A DNA stretch of 64,000 nt, from IMG/VR virus record IMGVR_UViG_3300023180_000017; one strand, given 5' to 3'. The stretch comes from a virus. Made by a program: the position numbers and the translations under genes. Positions 27,165 through 35,787 of this stretch are shown piece by piece (within the stretch, counting starts at the first letter, position 1; each line of letters opens with the position of its first letter). The notes below the pieces were generated by a model. It had not been told where the DNA came from and made no database searches. It saw only the letters and a program-made list of their open reading frames with translations.

Positions 27165-27748
27165 TGGTAGACAAACTGATAAACATAACAGAGGCAAGTT
27201 TTGAAGCTAGCAATCCAAGTGAGTTAGATTATTTAAGGCCAAACGGATTTAAGTTTTTAGTTCACAATATTCCAAACGTGTCTTTCTTTTGTCAGTCTGC
27301 AAACATACCGGATGTTTCAATGGGTACTCCTATTGTAGCAACACCCTTAGTGGACTATGCTGAACCGGGCGATAAGTTACAGTTTGGCGAGCTACAAATT
27401 AGGTTCCTAATACAGGAGAACCTTTTAAACTATACTGAACTCTATAATTGGCTTAGGGGTTTGGGTTTCCCAGAAGACCATGATGAGTATAAAGAGTATG
27501 CCCAAAAACAGGCTTACAGGTTCCCTGATCTTAAGCAACATAGACAGGGCAATTTAGGAGAAAAAAGCGATGCCACATTATTCGTTTTGGACTCTAATAA
27601 TAACCCAATCGCTAGAATTATATTTGAAGATGCTTTCCCTATTGCTTTAAGTGGGTTAGACTTTGATATATCCTCAGGTAATACAGAGTATTTCCAAGGA
27701 CTAGCTACATTTAGGTATAGACAATACATTATCAGTGCAGAAATATAA
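27164..27748 (+). CDS. gp3: Tail tube terminator/completion protein gp3
   Basis: YLRPNGFKF; VSFFCQSANIP; PGDKLQFGEL.IRFLI.ENL.NY.ELYNWL; FEDAFPIALSGLDF. Confidence 0.88.
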   Translation: MVDKLINITEASFEASNPSELDYLRPNGFKFLVHNIPNVSFFCQSANIPDVSMGTPIVATPLVDYAEPGDKLQFGELQIRFLIQENLLNYTELYNWLRGLGFPEDHDEYKEYAQKQAYRFPDLKQHRQGNLGEKSDATLFVLDSNNNPIARIIFEDAFPIALSGLDFDISSGNTEYFQGLATFRYRQYIISAEI

Positions 27749-27764
27749 ACGGTATTCTTAACCG

Positions 27765-27792
27765 TTGACATCTTTACCGTTTCGTGTATAAT
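27765..27792 (+). promoter_or_regulatory. Sigma70-type promoter (uvsY-uvsW)
   Basis: TTGACA-16 nt-TATAAT. Confidence 0.75.
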
Positions 27793-27821
27793 GTCTTATA
27801 TATAGCACCTAGGAGTATATT

Positions 27822-28262
27822 ATGCGACTTGATGAAATACAGAATATGTGGCAACAGGATTGTAAAATAGATGAGCTTAATTTAGGCTCAGAGTCAGTTC
27901 GTACAGCAGAGTTACATTCTAAATATTTAAATCATTTGTCTAACTATAGACTTATGGTTCGTAAGTATGAATCTCAGATGCTTGCTTTACGTAGGACAAA
28001 GTGGAAATACTACAGAGGTGAACTCAGTAGAGAAGAGTTAGAGGCTCTTGGTTGGGATCAGTATTTGGGAAACCAGCCACTTAAAAATGAAATGCAAGAG
28101 TTTTTAGATAGCGATGCAGATATTATAAAACTTGCAGACAGGTTAGAGTATGCTAAAACATGTTTCCAATTTGTTGAAACTGTCATGAGATCCCTGAACA
28201 GTCGTACATGGGATATCAAGAATGCAGTAGAGTGGACTAAGTTCACGAACGGTTTGTTATGA
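27822..28262 (+). CDS. uvsY: Recombination mediator UvsY
   Basis: WQQDCKID; LHSKYL; KWKYYRG; RTWDIKNAVEW. Confidence 0.9.
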   Translation: MRLDEIQNMWQQDCKIDELNLGSESVRTAELHSKYLNHLSNYRLMVRKYESQMLALRRTKWKYYRGELSREELEALGWDQYLGNQPLKNEMQEFLDSDADIIKLADRLEYAKTCFQFVETVMRSLNSRTWDIKNAVEWTKFTNGLL

Positions 28263-29737
28263 TCAAAGTCACAAAGAAAAACGAAGTACATTTATTAGTC
28301 GATACTGATCCAGGTATCGCTCAAGAACTCAACGACTATTTTACGTTTGATGTTCCAGGTGCTCGTTTTATGCCTCTTTACCGTAATCGTATGTGGGACG
28401 GTAAAGCTAGATTATTTAACATATACAGAAAAGAATTATATGTTGGGCTTTTGCCGTATTTGCAAGAGTTTGCCAACACACTGGAGTACGATTTAAATTT
28501 AGATGTCAAAGATATTGGCGATCCCGTATCAAAGACTTACGTTGAAACCTTTACAAAGGAGTTAAAACTACAAAGCAATGGAAAAGATATTGAAGTTAGA
28601 GACTATCAAGTTGACGGAATCACAGAAGCAATTAATAGAGGTAGGAGTCTCCTATTGTCTCCCACTGCTTCAGGCAAGTCTCTCATTATATATTCCCTGG
28701 TTCGTTATCATCAACAGCTAGGAAGAAAACAATTAATCATAGTACCAACCACTTCGTTGGTAGAACAGATGTACGGAGACTTTCAAGACTATGCTACAGC
28801 AGTTGATTGGAAGGTCTCTGAAAACTGTCATAGGATTTACGGTGGCAAAGAAAAGTCCAACGAGTTTCCTATCACAATTTCAACCTGGCAATCAATCTAT
28901 AAGTTTCCAAAGTCCTGGTTTGAAAAGTTTGATGTTGTCTATGGCGACGAAGCACATCAGTTTAAAGCAAAATCATTAACTACAATCCTTGACAAATGCT
29001 CTAATACTCCTTATAGAATAGGAACTACTGGAACTTTGGATGGCACTAAAACACATAAGTTGGTTTTAGAAGGCATCTTCGGATCTGTATACAAGGTTAC
29101 AACCACTAAAAAACTTATGGATGAAAACCAGGTTGCCGATTTAAAAATTATAGGAATGATTTTAGAGTATAAAGATTCTGATCGTCAGTTAGTTAAAAAA
29201 ATGAACTATCAAGAAGAGATGGATTGGCTTGTTACAAATCATAGTCGTAATGTAATTATTAGAAACTTATCTATAACACAAAAAGGAAATACCCTTGTAC
29301 TTTTTCAATATGTAGAGAAGCATGGTAAAGTCCTTTATGAGATGATCAAAGAAAAGGTAAATGATGGCAGGAAGGTCTTTTTTGTATTCGGTGGTACAGA
29401 TACAGAAACTAGAGAACAGATTCGTTCTATTACAGAAAAAGAATCAGATGCAATTATCATCGCATCATACGGCACATTTTCAACGGGTATAAATATAAGG
29501 AACTTACATAATATTGTTTTTGCTTCTCCTAGTAAGTCTAGAATTAGGAACTTACAGTCAATAGGAAGGGGTTTGAGAAAGGGTGATAATAAAGTTTCTT
29601 GTAATCTGTTTGATATAGGAGACGACTTATCCTGGAAGTCTAAGAAGAATTATACACTTCTACATATGATAGAAAGGATCAAAATATATAATGAAGAAAA
29701 GTTTAACTATAAGTTGGTAAAGATAGATGTTAAATGA
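28259..29737 (+). CDS. uvsW: RNA-DNA/DNA helicase UvsW
   Basis: RDYQ; SPTASGKS; GDEAH; GTFSTGINIRNLH; LQSIGRGLR. Confidence 0.96.
   Translation: MIKVTKKNEVHLLVDTDPGIAQELNDYFTFDVPGARFMPLYRNRMWDGKARLFNIYRKELYVGLLPYLQEFANTLEYDLNLDVKDIGDPVSKTYVETFTKELKLQSNGKDIEVRDYQVDGITEAINRGRSLLLSPTASGKSLIIYSLVRYHQQLGRKQLIIVPTTSLVEQMYGDFQDYATAVDWKVSENCHRIYGGKEKSNEFPITISTWQSIYKFPKSWFEKFDVVYGDEAHQFKAKSLTTILDKCSNTPYRIGTTGTLDGTKTHKLVLEGIFGSVYKVTTTKKLMDENQVADLKIIGMILEYKDSDRQLVKKMNYQEEMDWLVTNHSRNVIIRNLSITQKGNTLVLFQYVEKHGKVLYEMIKEKVNDGRKVFFVFGGTDTETREQIRSITEKESDAIIIASYGTFSTGINIRNLHNIVFASPSKSRIRNLQSIGRGLRKGDNKVSCNLFDIGDDLSWKSKKNYTLLHMIERIKIYNEEKFNYKLVKIDVK
29488..29495 (+). promoter_or_regulatory. Possible late promoter inside uvsW
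   Basis: TATAAATA within the GINI codons. Confidence 0.4.
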
Positions 29738-30152
29738 GGAAAGCCAAATATTAGTTGTTCGCCTGTTAGGTGGACAAAATATTATAGGCTATACAGACAG
29801 AACCCAAGAAGGAATTACAGTTTTGTATCCTTTGGAGTATTTGTCAATGCCAGCACCAGGCCCTAGAGGGTTGGGAGAAATAAATCATATTAGACCTTAT
29901 TTGACTATGACGGATTCTATTCAAGTAACTTTTGACGATATAAATGTTATAACAACATATCCCTTATCAGAAAGGTTTTACCGTTCATATAAACAATTGG
30001 TTGACACCGTATACAAACAGAGTGTAGAGTATACAGGATCATTTGTTGAAGATGAAGGAATATTTGAAGATGATTATGTTTCCGCTGAGGAAGAGGAAGC
30101 ATTAAATAAAATGATTGATGCTATGAACAATGTTAAAAAGACAGTACATTAA
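29727..30152 (+). CDS. Conserved T4-like hypothetical protein between uvsW and gp55
   Basis: VVRLLGGQNIIG N-terminus, acidic tail, ends KKTVH. Confidence 0.65.
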   Translation: MLNEESQILVVRLLGGQNIIGYTDRTQEGITVLYPLEYLSMPAPGPRGLGEINHIRPYLTMTDSIQVTFDDINVITTYPLSERFYRSYKQLVDTVYKQSVEYTGSFVEDEGIFEDDYVSAEEEEALNKMIDAMNNVKKTVH

Positions 30153-30194
30153 ATAATTACTAAAGTGTATTATCCTTTTGTCGCTACATAGCGA

Positions 30195-30223
30195 ATTATA
30201 CGACTAAGCGTTACGCTTGTCAA
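30195..30223 (-). promoter_or_regulatory. Perfect-consensus sigma70 promoter facing antisense, just upstream of gp55
   Basis: Minus strand reads TTGACA-AGCGTAACGCTTAGTCG (17 nt)-TATAAT. Confidence 0.75.
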
Positions 30224-30249
30224 GAAAAATTTTTATAATGGAGACCAAA

Positions 30250-30837
30250 ATGAAAGAAAACGTAAGAGCTCACTATGTTGACAACAAAGAGTTCTATCAA
30301 AAAATATCAGAGTATAAGAAGAGTGTTTTAGCTGCCCAGGAAGAAGGGCGGGACAAACCACCTGTAACGGACTATTTAGGTGAGTGCTTTATTAAGATTG
30401 CAAATCACTTATCTATGAAATCTAATTTTATCAATTATACTTTTAGAGATGAAATGGTGTTGGACGGCATTGAAAACTGTTTAACATATATTGATAACTT
30501 TGATCCAGAAAAATCTAAAAACCCATTCGCATACTTCACACAAATAACCTATTATGCTTTCTTGCGCAGAATACAGAAAGAGAAAGACATGATTAACAAA
30601 AAGATTAAGTATCTTCAGAGTATAGATATACAAAGTTTAATGGATGAGGTTGGTGACAACGACCCGCAAACAAATGAATATCTAAAGTGGATGCAAGAAC
30701 AATTGGACAACAATGCTAGAGAAGAAGCCAAGCATAAAGAAGAACAGTCCAAGAAAAAGGTTATTAAACGAAGACCAAAGTATTTAGATAAAAGGTCAGA
30801 TTCAAACACAGAAGAGCTTGACATTTCTTCTAAATAA
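30250..30837 (+). CDS. gp55: Late-transcription sigma factor gp55
   Basis: HYVDNKEF; YLGECFIKIA.HLS...NFINYTFRDEM..DGIENC; NPFAYFTQI.YYAFLRRI.KEK; SD GGAG before ATG 30250. Confidence 0.95.
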   Translation: MKENVRAHYVDNKEFYQKISEYKKSVLAAQEEGRDKPPVTDYLGECFIKIANHLSMKSNFINYTFRDEMVLDGIENCLTYIDNFDPEKSKNPFAYFTQITYYAFLRRIQKEKDMINKKIKYLQSIDIQSLMDEVGDNDPQTNEYLKWMQEQLDNNAREEAKHKEEQSKKKVIKRRPKYLDKRSDSNTEELDISSK

Positions 30838-30846
30838 TAATATAAT
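30818..30846 (+). promoter_or_regulatory. Sigma70-type promoter of the queE operon
   Basis: TTGACA-17 nt-TATAAT. Confidence 0.85.
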
Positions 30847-30871
30847 TCGTTTTATTTAACACAGGTATATC

Positions 30872-31759
30872 ATGAAAGTTCGTTATTCAGAAATGTTCTA
30901 TTCGTTCCAAGGTGAGGCAGAGCTCGCAGGAACTCCAACTGTTTGGATTAGATTTTTTGGTTGTAACTTAGAGTGTAATGGTTTTGGACAAGCTACTCCC
31001 TCAGATCCAAGCACATGGAAACTTCCCTATAAAGATTATGACTTAATAGATGTTAAGCGTGTAGAAGACCTTCCTGTGTGGGAGTATGGTTGCGACTCTT
31101 CCTATTCTTGGTCTATGAAGTATAAACATCTCGCACAAGATACAAACCCAGAAGAAGCTTGTAATAAATTAGAAGAACTTTTACCTTACGGTAAGTTTAC
31201 ACATCCTATAACAAAACAAGAAAATATGCTTGCCTTTACTGGTGGTGAGCCTATGCTACAACAAAGGCAAATGAAAGCCATTGTTAATGAGTTTCTTATT
31301 CGAGGAAATGTTCCTAAGATCATTACAGTAGAAACAAACGGCACAAAAAAACTAAGCAAAGATTTACAAGATTATATAAACATATTCTTAGCTGAAATGG
31401 GCATTCGTTGGCATTGGGCTATTAGTCCAAAGACTTTACATACCGCAGGCGAAATAGACAGGGTAGATGTAGACAACTTTATGTCTTACCTTTTTAATAC
31501 TGTTAGCACTGGTTGTCTTAAATTTGTTTGTAACGGATCAGAAGAAAGTTGGTTTGAACTAGAAGAATATGTACGGCAAGTTCAAGAGTATTGTTCTTTT
31601 GCAGAAATGACTATGCCAGATATTTGGATTATGCCTGTGGGTGCTACAAAAGAAGAACAAGAAGAAGTAGCAGACATTTGTGTCGAAGCTATGAAACGAG
31701 GATACAAGGTTGCTACTCGTAATCATGCTTATGTGTTTGGCAACCAAATAGGTACGTGA
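30872..31759 (+). CDS. queE: 7-carboxy-7-deazaguanine synthase (radical SAM)
   Basis: EMFYSFQGE; RFFGCNLEC...GCDS; FTGGEP; VETNGT; ISPK; WIMPVG. Confidence 0.9.
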   Translation: MKVRYSEMFYSFQGEAELAGTPTVWIRFFGCNLECNGFGQATPSDPSTWKLPYKDYDLIDVKRVEDLPVWEYGCDSSYSWSMKYKHLAQDTNPEEACNKLEELLPYGKFTHPITKQENMLAFTGGEPMLQQRQMKAIVNEFLIRGNVPKIITVETNGTKKLSKDLQDYINIFLAEMGIRWHWAISPKTLHTAGEIDRVDVDNFMSYLFNTVSTGCLKFVCNGSEESWFELEEYVRQVQEYCSFAEMTMPDIWIMPVGATKEEQEEVADICVEAMKRGYKVATRNHAYVFGNQIGT

Positions 31760-32196
31760 TGCAGATAGATGATAGTAAAAAACAATTATTTGTGCAGTGG
31801 TCGGATTTAGAATTAATAATGGAGTCAATATGCAAAAACTTAGACTTTCCCGTAAACAAAATCTTAGGGGTATCAAGAGGAGGATTAGTCCCGGGGGTAA
31901 TGCTCTCACACTTCCTAAATGTGCCATTCGAACCATTCATATGGCAAACAAGGGACGGATCTCAACGGGATCTGGGTACCTTATTAAGGAATGATGAACC
32001 AGACACATTGATATTTGATGACATTTTAGATACAGGGAAAACAATAACTGAAATGAAATCACAAACCAAGTTTGCTAAATACGGTACCATTTTTAACAAA
32101 CGGTCAGATATAGCACTTGACATTGAGGGAATGACGTTATATAATAACGCAAATTGGATAGTATTTCCGTGGGAGAATTTAAATAATGGAAAATAG
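31756..32196 (+). CDS. Type I purine phosphoribosyltransferase (Gpt-like)
   Basis: GVSRGGLVPG..LSH; LIFDDILDTGKT PRPP loop; WIVFPWE. Confidence 0.88.
   Translation: MMQIDDSKKQLFVQWSDLELIMESICKNLDFPVNKILGVSRGGLVPGVMLSHFLNVPFEPFIWQTRDGSQRDLGTLLRNDEPDTLIFDDILDTGKTITEMKSQTKFAKYGTIFNKRSDIALDIEGMTLYNNANWIVFPWENLNNGK
32117..32145 (+). promoter_or_regulatory. Sigma70-type promoter for folE onward, embedded in the PRTase gene
   Basis: TTGACA-17 nt-TATAAT. Confidence 0.75.
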
Positions 32197-32881
32197 AAAG
32201 CCTGTAAGTCAGGAAATCGCAGAACGCCTTAAGAAAAGAGGTGTTCGTTTCTTTGCGTGTGATAACATCTCACAACATATTGAGAGCTGGGAGCACGATC
32301 AACTAATTAACGAACTAGAAGGAAAGTTTCAAGGTGTTCTAGAGTCTCTAGTTATTGATACTGAAAATGATCCTAACAGTAGGGACACCGCTAGGCGTCT
32401 AGCAAAAATGTATGTACTAGAAATTATGGGTGGTAGATACGAAAAGCCCCCTGCGGTTACTTCCTTTCCTAATGAAGATAATTACGAACAATTAATTGTA
32501 ATTAGATCAGACATTAAAAGCATGTGTTCTCACCATCATCAACCCGTTCAAGGTGTTTGTTACATTGCTTGTATGCCTGGACAAAAGGTTATTGGATTAT
32601 CTAAATATACGAGAGTAGCACAACACTTAGCATCTCGCGGACACCTACAAGAAGAACTTACCGAAATGATTGCTAAAGAAATTGAAAGGCTAACTGAGTC
32701 TAAAGCAGTAGGTGTTTATATTAGAGCACGACATGGTTGTTGTGAAAATAGAGGCATTAGATCTTCTAATAGTTCTACACAAACCACAGTTCTAAAAGGT
32801 TTGTTACGCACAGACTCTGCTCTTAAAAATGAATTTATGCACAATATAGAATTACAGGAATTGGGTAGTGGACGTTTCTAA
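32186..32881 (+). CDS. folE: GTP cyclohydrolase I
   Basis: DTARRLAKMY; SMCSHHHQP; IGLSKYTR; LQEELT; HGCCENRG. Confidence 0.95.
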   Translation: MENRKPVSQEIAERLKKRGVRFFACDNISQHIESWEHDQLINELEGKFQGVLESLVIDTENDPNSRDTARRLAKMYVLEIMGGRYEKPPAVTSFPNEDNYEQLIVIRSDIKSMCSHHHQPVQGVCYIACMPGQKVIGLSKYTRVAQHLASRGHLQEELTEMIAKEIERLTESKAVGVYIRARHGCCENRGIRSSNSSTQTTVLKGLLRTDSALKNEFMHNIELQELGSGRF

Positions 32882-33407
32882 AAGACAAATTGTTGTAGAC
32901 TTAGAGACGCTAAGTACACAACCTAACGCATGTATTGTTAGCATCGGTGCTGTTGCATTTACAATACAAGACGGAATTACAGAAGAATTTTTTATTAATG
33001 TAGATCCAGGATCTTGCAAAGACTATGGATTACATGTAGACCCACATACAATAGAGTGGTGGAAAGAGCAGACACCTCAAGCCAGAAAGATGTGGCAAGA
33101 AAACCCTGTGCCATTAGATGAGGCTTTGGATAAATTTGCTTTATTTTATGGCGACACGTCTATTCCTATTTGGGGATTTGGTGCTAACTTTGACGTTGTT
33201 ATTTTAGAGTCAGCATATACAGCCACAGGTTGGAACAGTCAACGTCCTCCAACTAATAAATATCCGTGGATGTTCTGGGACATTTACTGCTTGAGGACTA
33301 TGGCAAATGTTCTTGGTCGCCGTCTTGAAAAAACAGGTGTTAACCATAACGCACTGCACGATGCCGTTGCAGAAACTAAATTATTATTAGATATATTGAG
33401 ATCATGA
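32868..33407 (+). CDS. DEDDh 3'-5' exonuclease
   Basis: VVDLETL; GANFDVVIL; HNALHDA. Confidence 0.88.
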   Translation: MDVSKRQIVVDLETLSTQPNACIVSIGAVAFTIQDGITEEFFINVDPGSCKDYGLHVDPHTIEWWKEQTPQARKMWQENPVPLDEALDKFALFYGDTSIPIWGFGANFDVVILESAYTATGWNSQRPPTNKYPWMFWDIYCLRTMANVLGRRLEKTGVNHNALHDAVAETKLLLDILRS

Positions 33408-34666
33408 AATTAGAGTATGTAGTATCCGGAACTTCCTATATGAGACTTAGCAATCCTAAGATTGCAGGTGATGATATTAATGTAGGAATTGTAAACGAAC
33501 TACTTTCCCAAACCGTACAAGATCATAACTCCCATGAGTTTTCAATGCTGTATAATGCTTATACAGAATCAAGTTTTGGTGAAAGATTCAAAGTCTATAA
33601 AGACAACATTAAGTCTATCCATGCAGACTCCGGTGGCTTGCAGGTAGTAACTCAAGGTAAAACAATAACACCCGAATTAAAAGATAAAGTCTATGAGAAT
33701 CAGGCACAATGGGCTGATGTCGGAATGTGTTTTGACGAGATACCTGTTACATTGGTTGGTGATCGTTCTGATAGGAATGATGTTAAAGGGAGGTTTTTCA
33801 ACCGTGAGGCACATGAGAAATGTGCAAGAGATACGGGAAAAAATATCAAACGACAATTTGAGATCTTTGACAAGTTTAACAGTAAATGTAAACCATTTGT
33901 AATTTTACAAGGTAATTGTTATGATACCTATATGGAGTGGGCAAATTACATTCTTGAAGAAGTACCACAAGAGAAACATAACAAACTAGGCGGTATCGCC
34001 ATGGGTGCTGCTGCCTTGGGTACAGGCAATTTAGAAGATATACAACGAGCATTTATTGCTAGTCAAGTTCCAATTAGAGATGAAAACGGCAAACTACACA
34101 TTCACATTCTAGGTGTGGGTGCTTTACGTAGGTTGCTTCCTTATATTATATTTTTACAAAACGGTTTATATAAGGACGTTGTTATATCATATGATAGCAC
34201 AACGCACTCCAGAGCAGTAGAAACAGGCCTTTATTATATGAATGAGGCCACAGTTAAGTTTAATAGAAAATTCTCAAATTACTACCTAGAAATGTACGAT
34301 GACGTCAATAAAGTGATTGATTTAGGCGTTTCTGTTAAAGATTTTCACAAAATTATGAACACCAACAGTACAACATGGTTAGAAGAAAACAGCGATTTAA
34401 ATACATGGTTAAAGATTAGAACTGCTTTTATTCTAATGAGCATACACAATTTTACCAAACACGTAGAAAAGATCTTGACAAATTCTGACGAACTGTTAAA
34501 ATTTGCTCGTAAGTTAAAACTAGAACACGCATACAGAAATTTATATGATATTAAAGATCCGGATGCGTTTAACTATTGGTACAACAATCCTTATCTAGGT
34601 GGCAGTATGAAATCTGCTCCTGTTAGGGAAGAAGCACCACTATCACTTGAGGAGTTATTTACATAA
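33404..34666 (+). CDS. dpdA: TGT-fold DNA-guanine transglycosylase (DpdA-like)
   Basis: HADSGGLQ, MCFDEIP, VILQG, IHILGVG and SYDSTT TGT motifs; lies inside the folE/queD/queE cluster. Confidence 0.8.
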   Translation: MKLEYVVSGTSYMRLSNPKIAGDDINVGIVNELLSQTVQDHNSHEFSMLYNAYTESSFGERFKVYKDNIKSIHADSGGLQVVTQGKTITPELKDKVYENQAQWADVGMCFDEIPVTLVGDRSDRNDVKGRFFNREAHEKCARDTGKNIKRQFEIFDKFNSKCKPFVILQGNCYDTYMEWANYILEEVPQEKHNKLGGIAMGAAALGTGNLEDIQRAFIASQVPIRDENGKLHIHILGVGALRRLLPYIIFLQNGLYKDVVISYDSTTHSRAVETGLYYMNEATVKFNRKFSNYYLEMYDDVNKVIDLGVSVKDFHKIMNTNSTTWLEENSDLNTWLKIRTAFILMSIHNFTKHVEKILTNSDELLKFARKLKLEHAYRNLYDIKDPDAFNYWYNNPYLGGSMKSAPVREEAPLSLEELFT

Positions 34667-34896
34667 TGGATGCACAAAAAATTAGAAACGCTATCGTAGA
34701 AATCTCTAACTCTATGACTAGATCAGAATCAGAGCGTGAACTTGTTAGAGAAATTATTAAAAAGATTCACGATGAGGAAGGCATTGATCGTAGACTTTTA
34801 CGTAGAATTGCTAGAGCATATCACAAAGGAAACTTTTCTGAAGAAACTACTTTGAACTCAGAGTTTGAGGAACTATTTAATAACTTAATGTCATGA
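34666..34896 (+). CDS. Small dsDNA-binding protein (T4 DsbA-like)
   Basis: EISNSMTR.ESERE.VREI...RRIARAYHKGNF. Confidence 0.7.
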   Translation: MDAQKIRNAIVEISNSMTRSESERELVREIIKKIHDEEGIDRRLLRRIARAYHKGNFSEETTLNSEFEELFNNLMS

Positions 34897-35438
34897 ATTA
34901 TTTTAAACTGTCAAACAATCTTACGCATGCAGCTAGATATCATTTAGACAAGCATGCTGTTAAGATGCCTACAGAGTATTGTCAACTTATGTGTACTGCA
35001 CATCGTGTATTAGACGGTGAGTTGTATATTGACAAAACTGCTAACAATCGACGCATTAAGCGTTGGCGTATGAAAGATGCTGAACTAGAAGATATTTTAT
35101 ATAAGGCATCGCACATCAATCATCCAACGGCAAAGTGGGTACGAGAATCTGTAGAAAACTATAACGAGCTCTATAATGCTTGGTTAGAATTGTGTAAAGA
35201 ATACACATTCAGATATGGCAGAACGCACTTGACACAGACTAAATTAGAGCATATACTAAGCACACCGCCTGAGAATATTCCTAATATTCCTGGCACTGAG
35301 GTACCACAGGCTATGCCAGACGACGTTAAACATTCTGATGTTGTAACGGCATATCGTCAGTATTATAACAAGTACAAAACTAGGTTTGCTGTGTGGACTA
35401 ATAGACAAACACCGGAGTGGTTTCATGCCTGTAGCTAA
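34893..35438 (+). CDS. Pyrimidine-dimer DNA glycosylase-like protein (DenV-related family)
   Basis: HLDKHAVKM..EYCQLMCTAHR; YKASHINHP..KWVRES..NY; EYTFRYGRTH; PQAMPD; AYRQYY. Confidence 0.75.
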   Translation: MNYFKLSNNLTHAARYHLDKHAVKMPTEYCQLMCTAHRVLDGELYIDKTANNRRIKRWRMKDAELEDILYKASHINHPTAKWVRESVENYNELYNAWLELCKEYTFRYGRTHLTQTKLEHILSTPPENIPNIPGTEVPQAMPDDVKHSDVVTAYRQYYNKYKTRFAVWTNRQTPEWFHACS

Positions 35439-35787
35439 AAGACATATTAAAGTAAGTTTTCAAAAAGAGGGTATACACAAATACCCAGCAGCAAAAAAAC
35501 TTAAAGGGGTAGAGTTTTTGCAATACCCCCATCGCCACATGTTTCATTTCTATGTAACATTAGAAGTACATCACGATGACCGTGATGTTGAATTTATTTT
35601 ATTTAAACGTGAGCTCGAAAATTTATTTGAAGAAGGTGCTATGGATATTGATTACAAGTCTTGTGAAATGTTAGCAGAGGACTTGTTAGACTACATTGAA
35701 ATTAATTACCCTAAGCGTGGAATTAAAGTAGAAGTTTACGAAGATAATGAGAACGGCGGCATTGTAACAAATGATTTATTTAATTGA
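35425..35787 (+). CDS. QueD-paralogous T-fold protein (DpdL-like candidate CDG decarboxylase)
   Basis: EGIHKYP; LQYPHRHMF (LxxxHRHxF in place of CxxxHGH); RDVEFI; SCEMLA; VYEDNENG. Confidence 0.7.
   Translation: MPVAKRHIKVSFQKEGIHKYPAAKKLKGVEFLQYPHRHMFHFYVTLEVHHDDRDVEFILFKRELENLFEEGAMDIDYKSCEMLAEDLLDYIEINYPKRGIKVEVYEDNENGGIVTNDLFN

Noticed and set aside
33404-34666. tRNA-guanine transglycosylase for queuosine in tRNA
   Set aside because: Divergent from bacterial Tgt (no C-terminal CxCxxC zinc motif seen), no queC/queF/queA in the window, and located among DNA-metabolism genes; a DNA-directed DpdA fits better, though this is unproven
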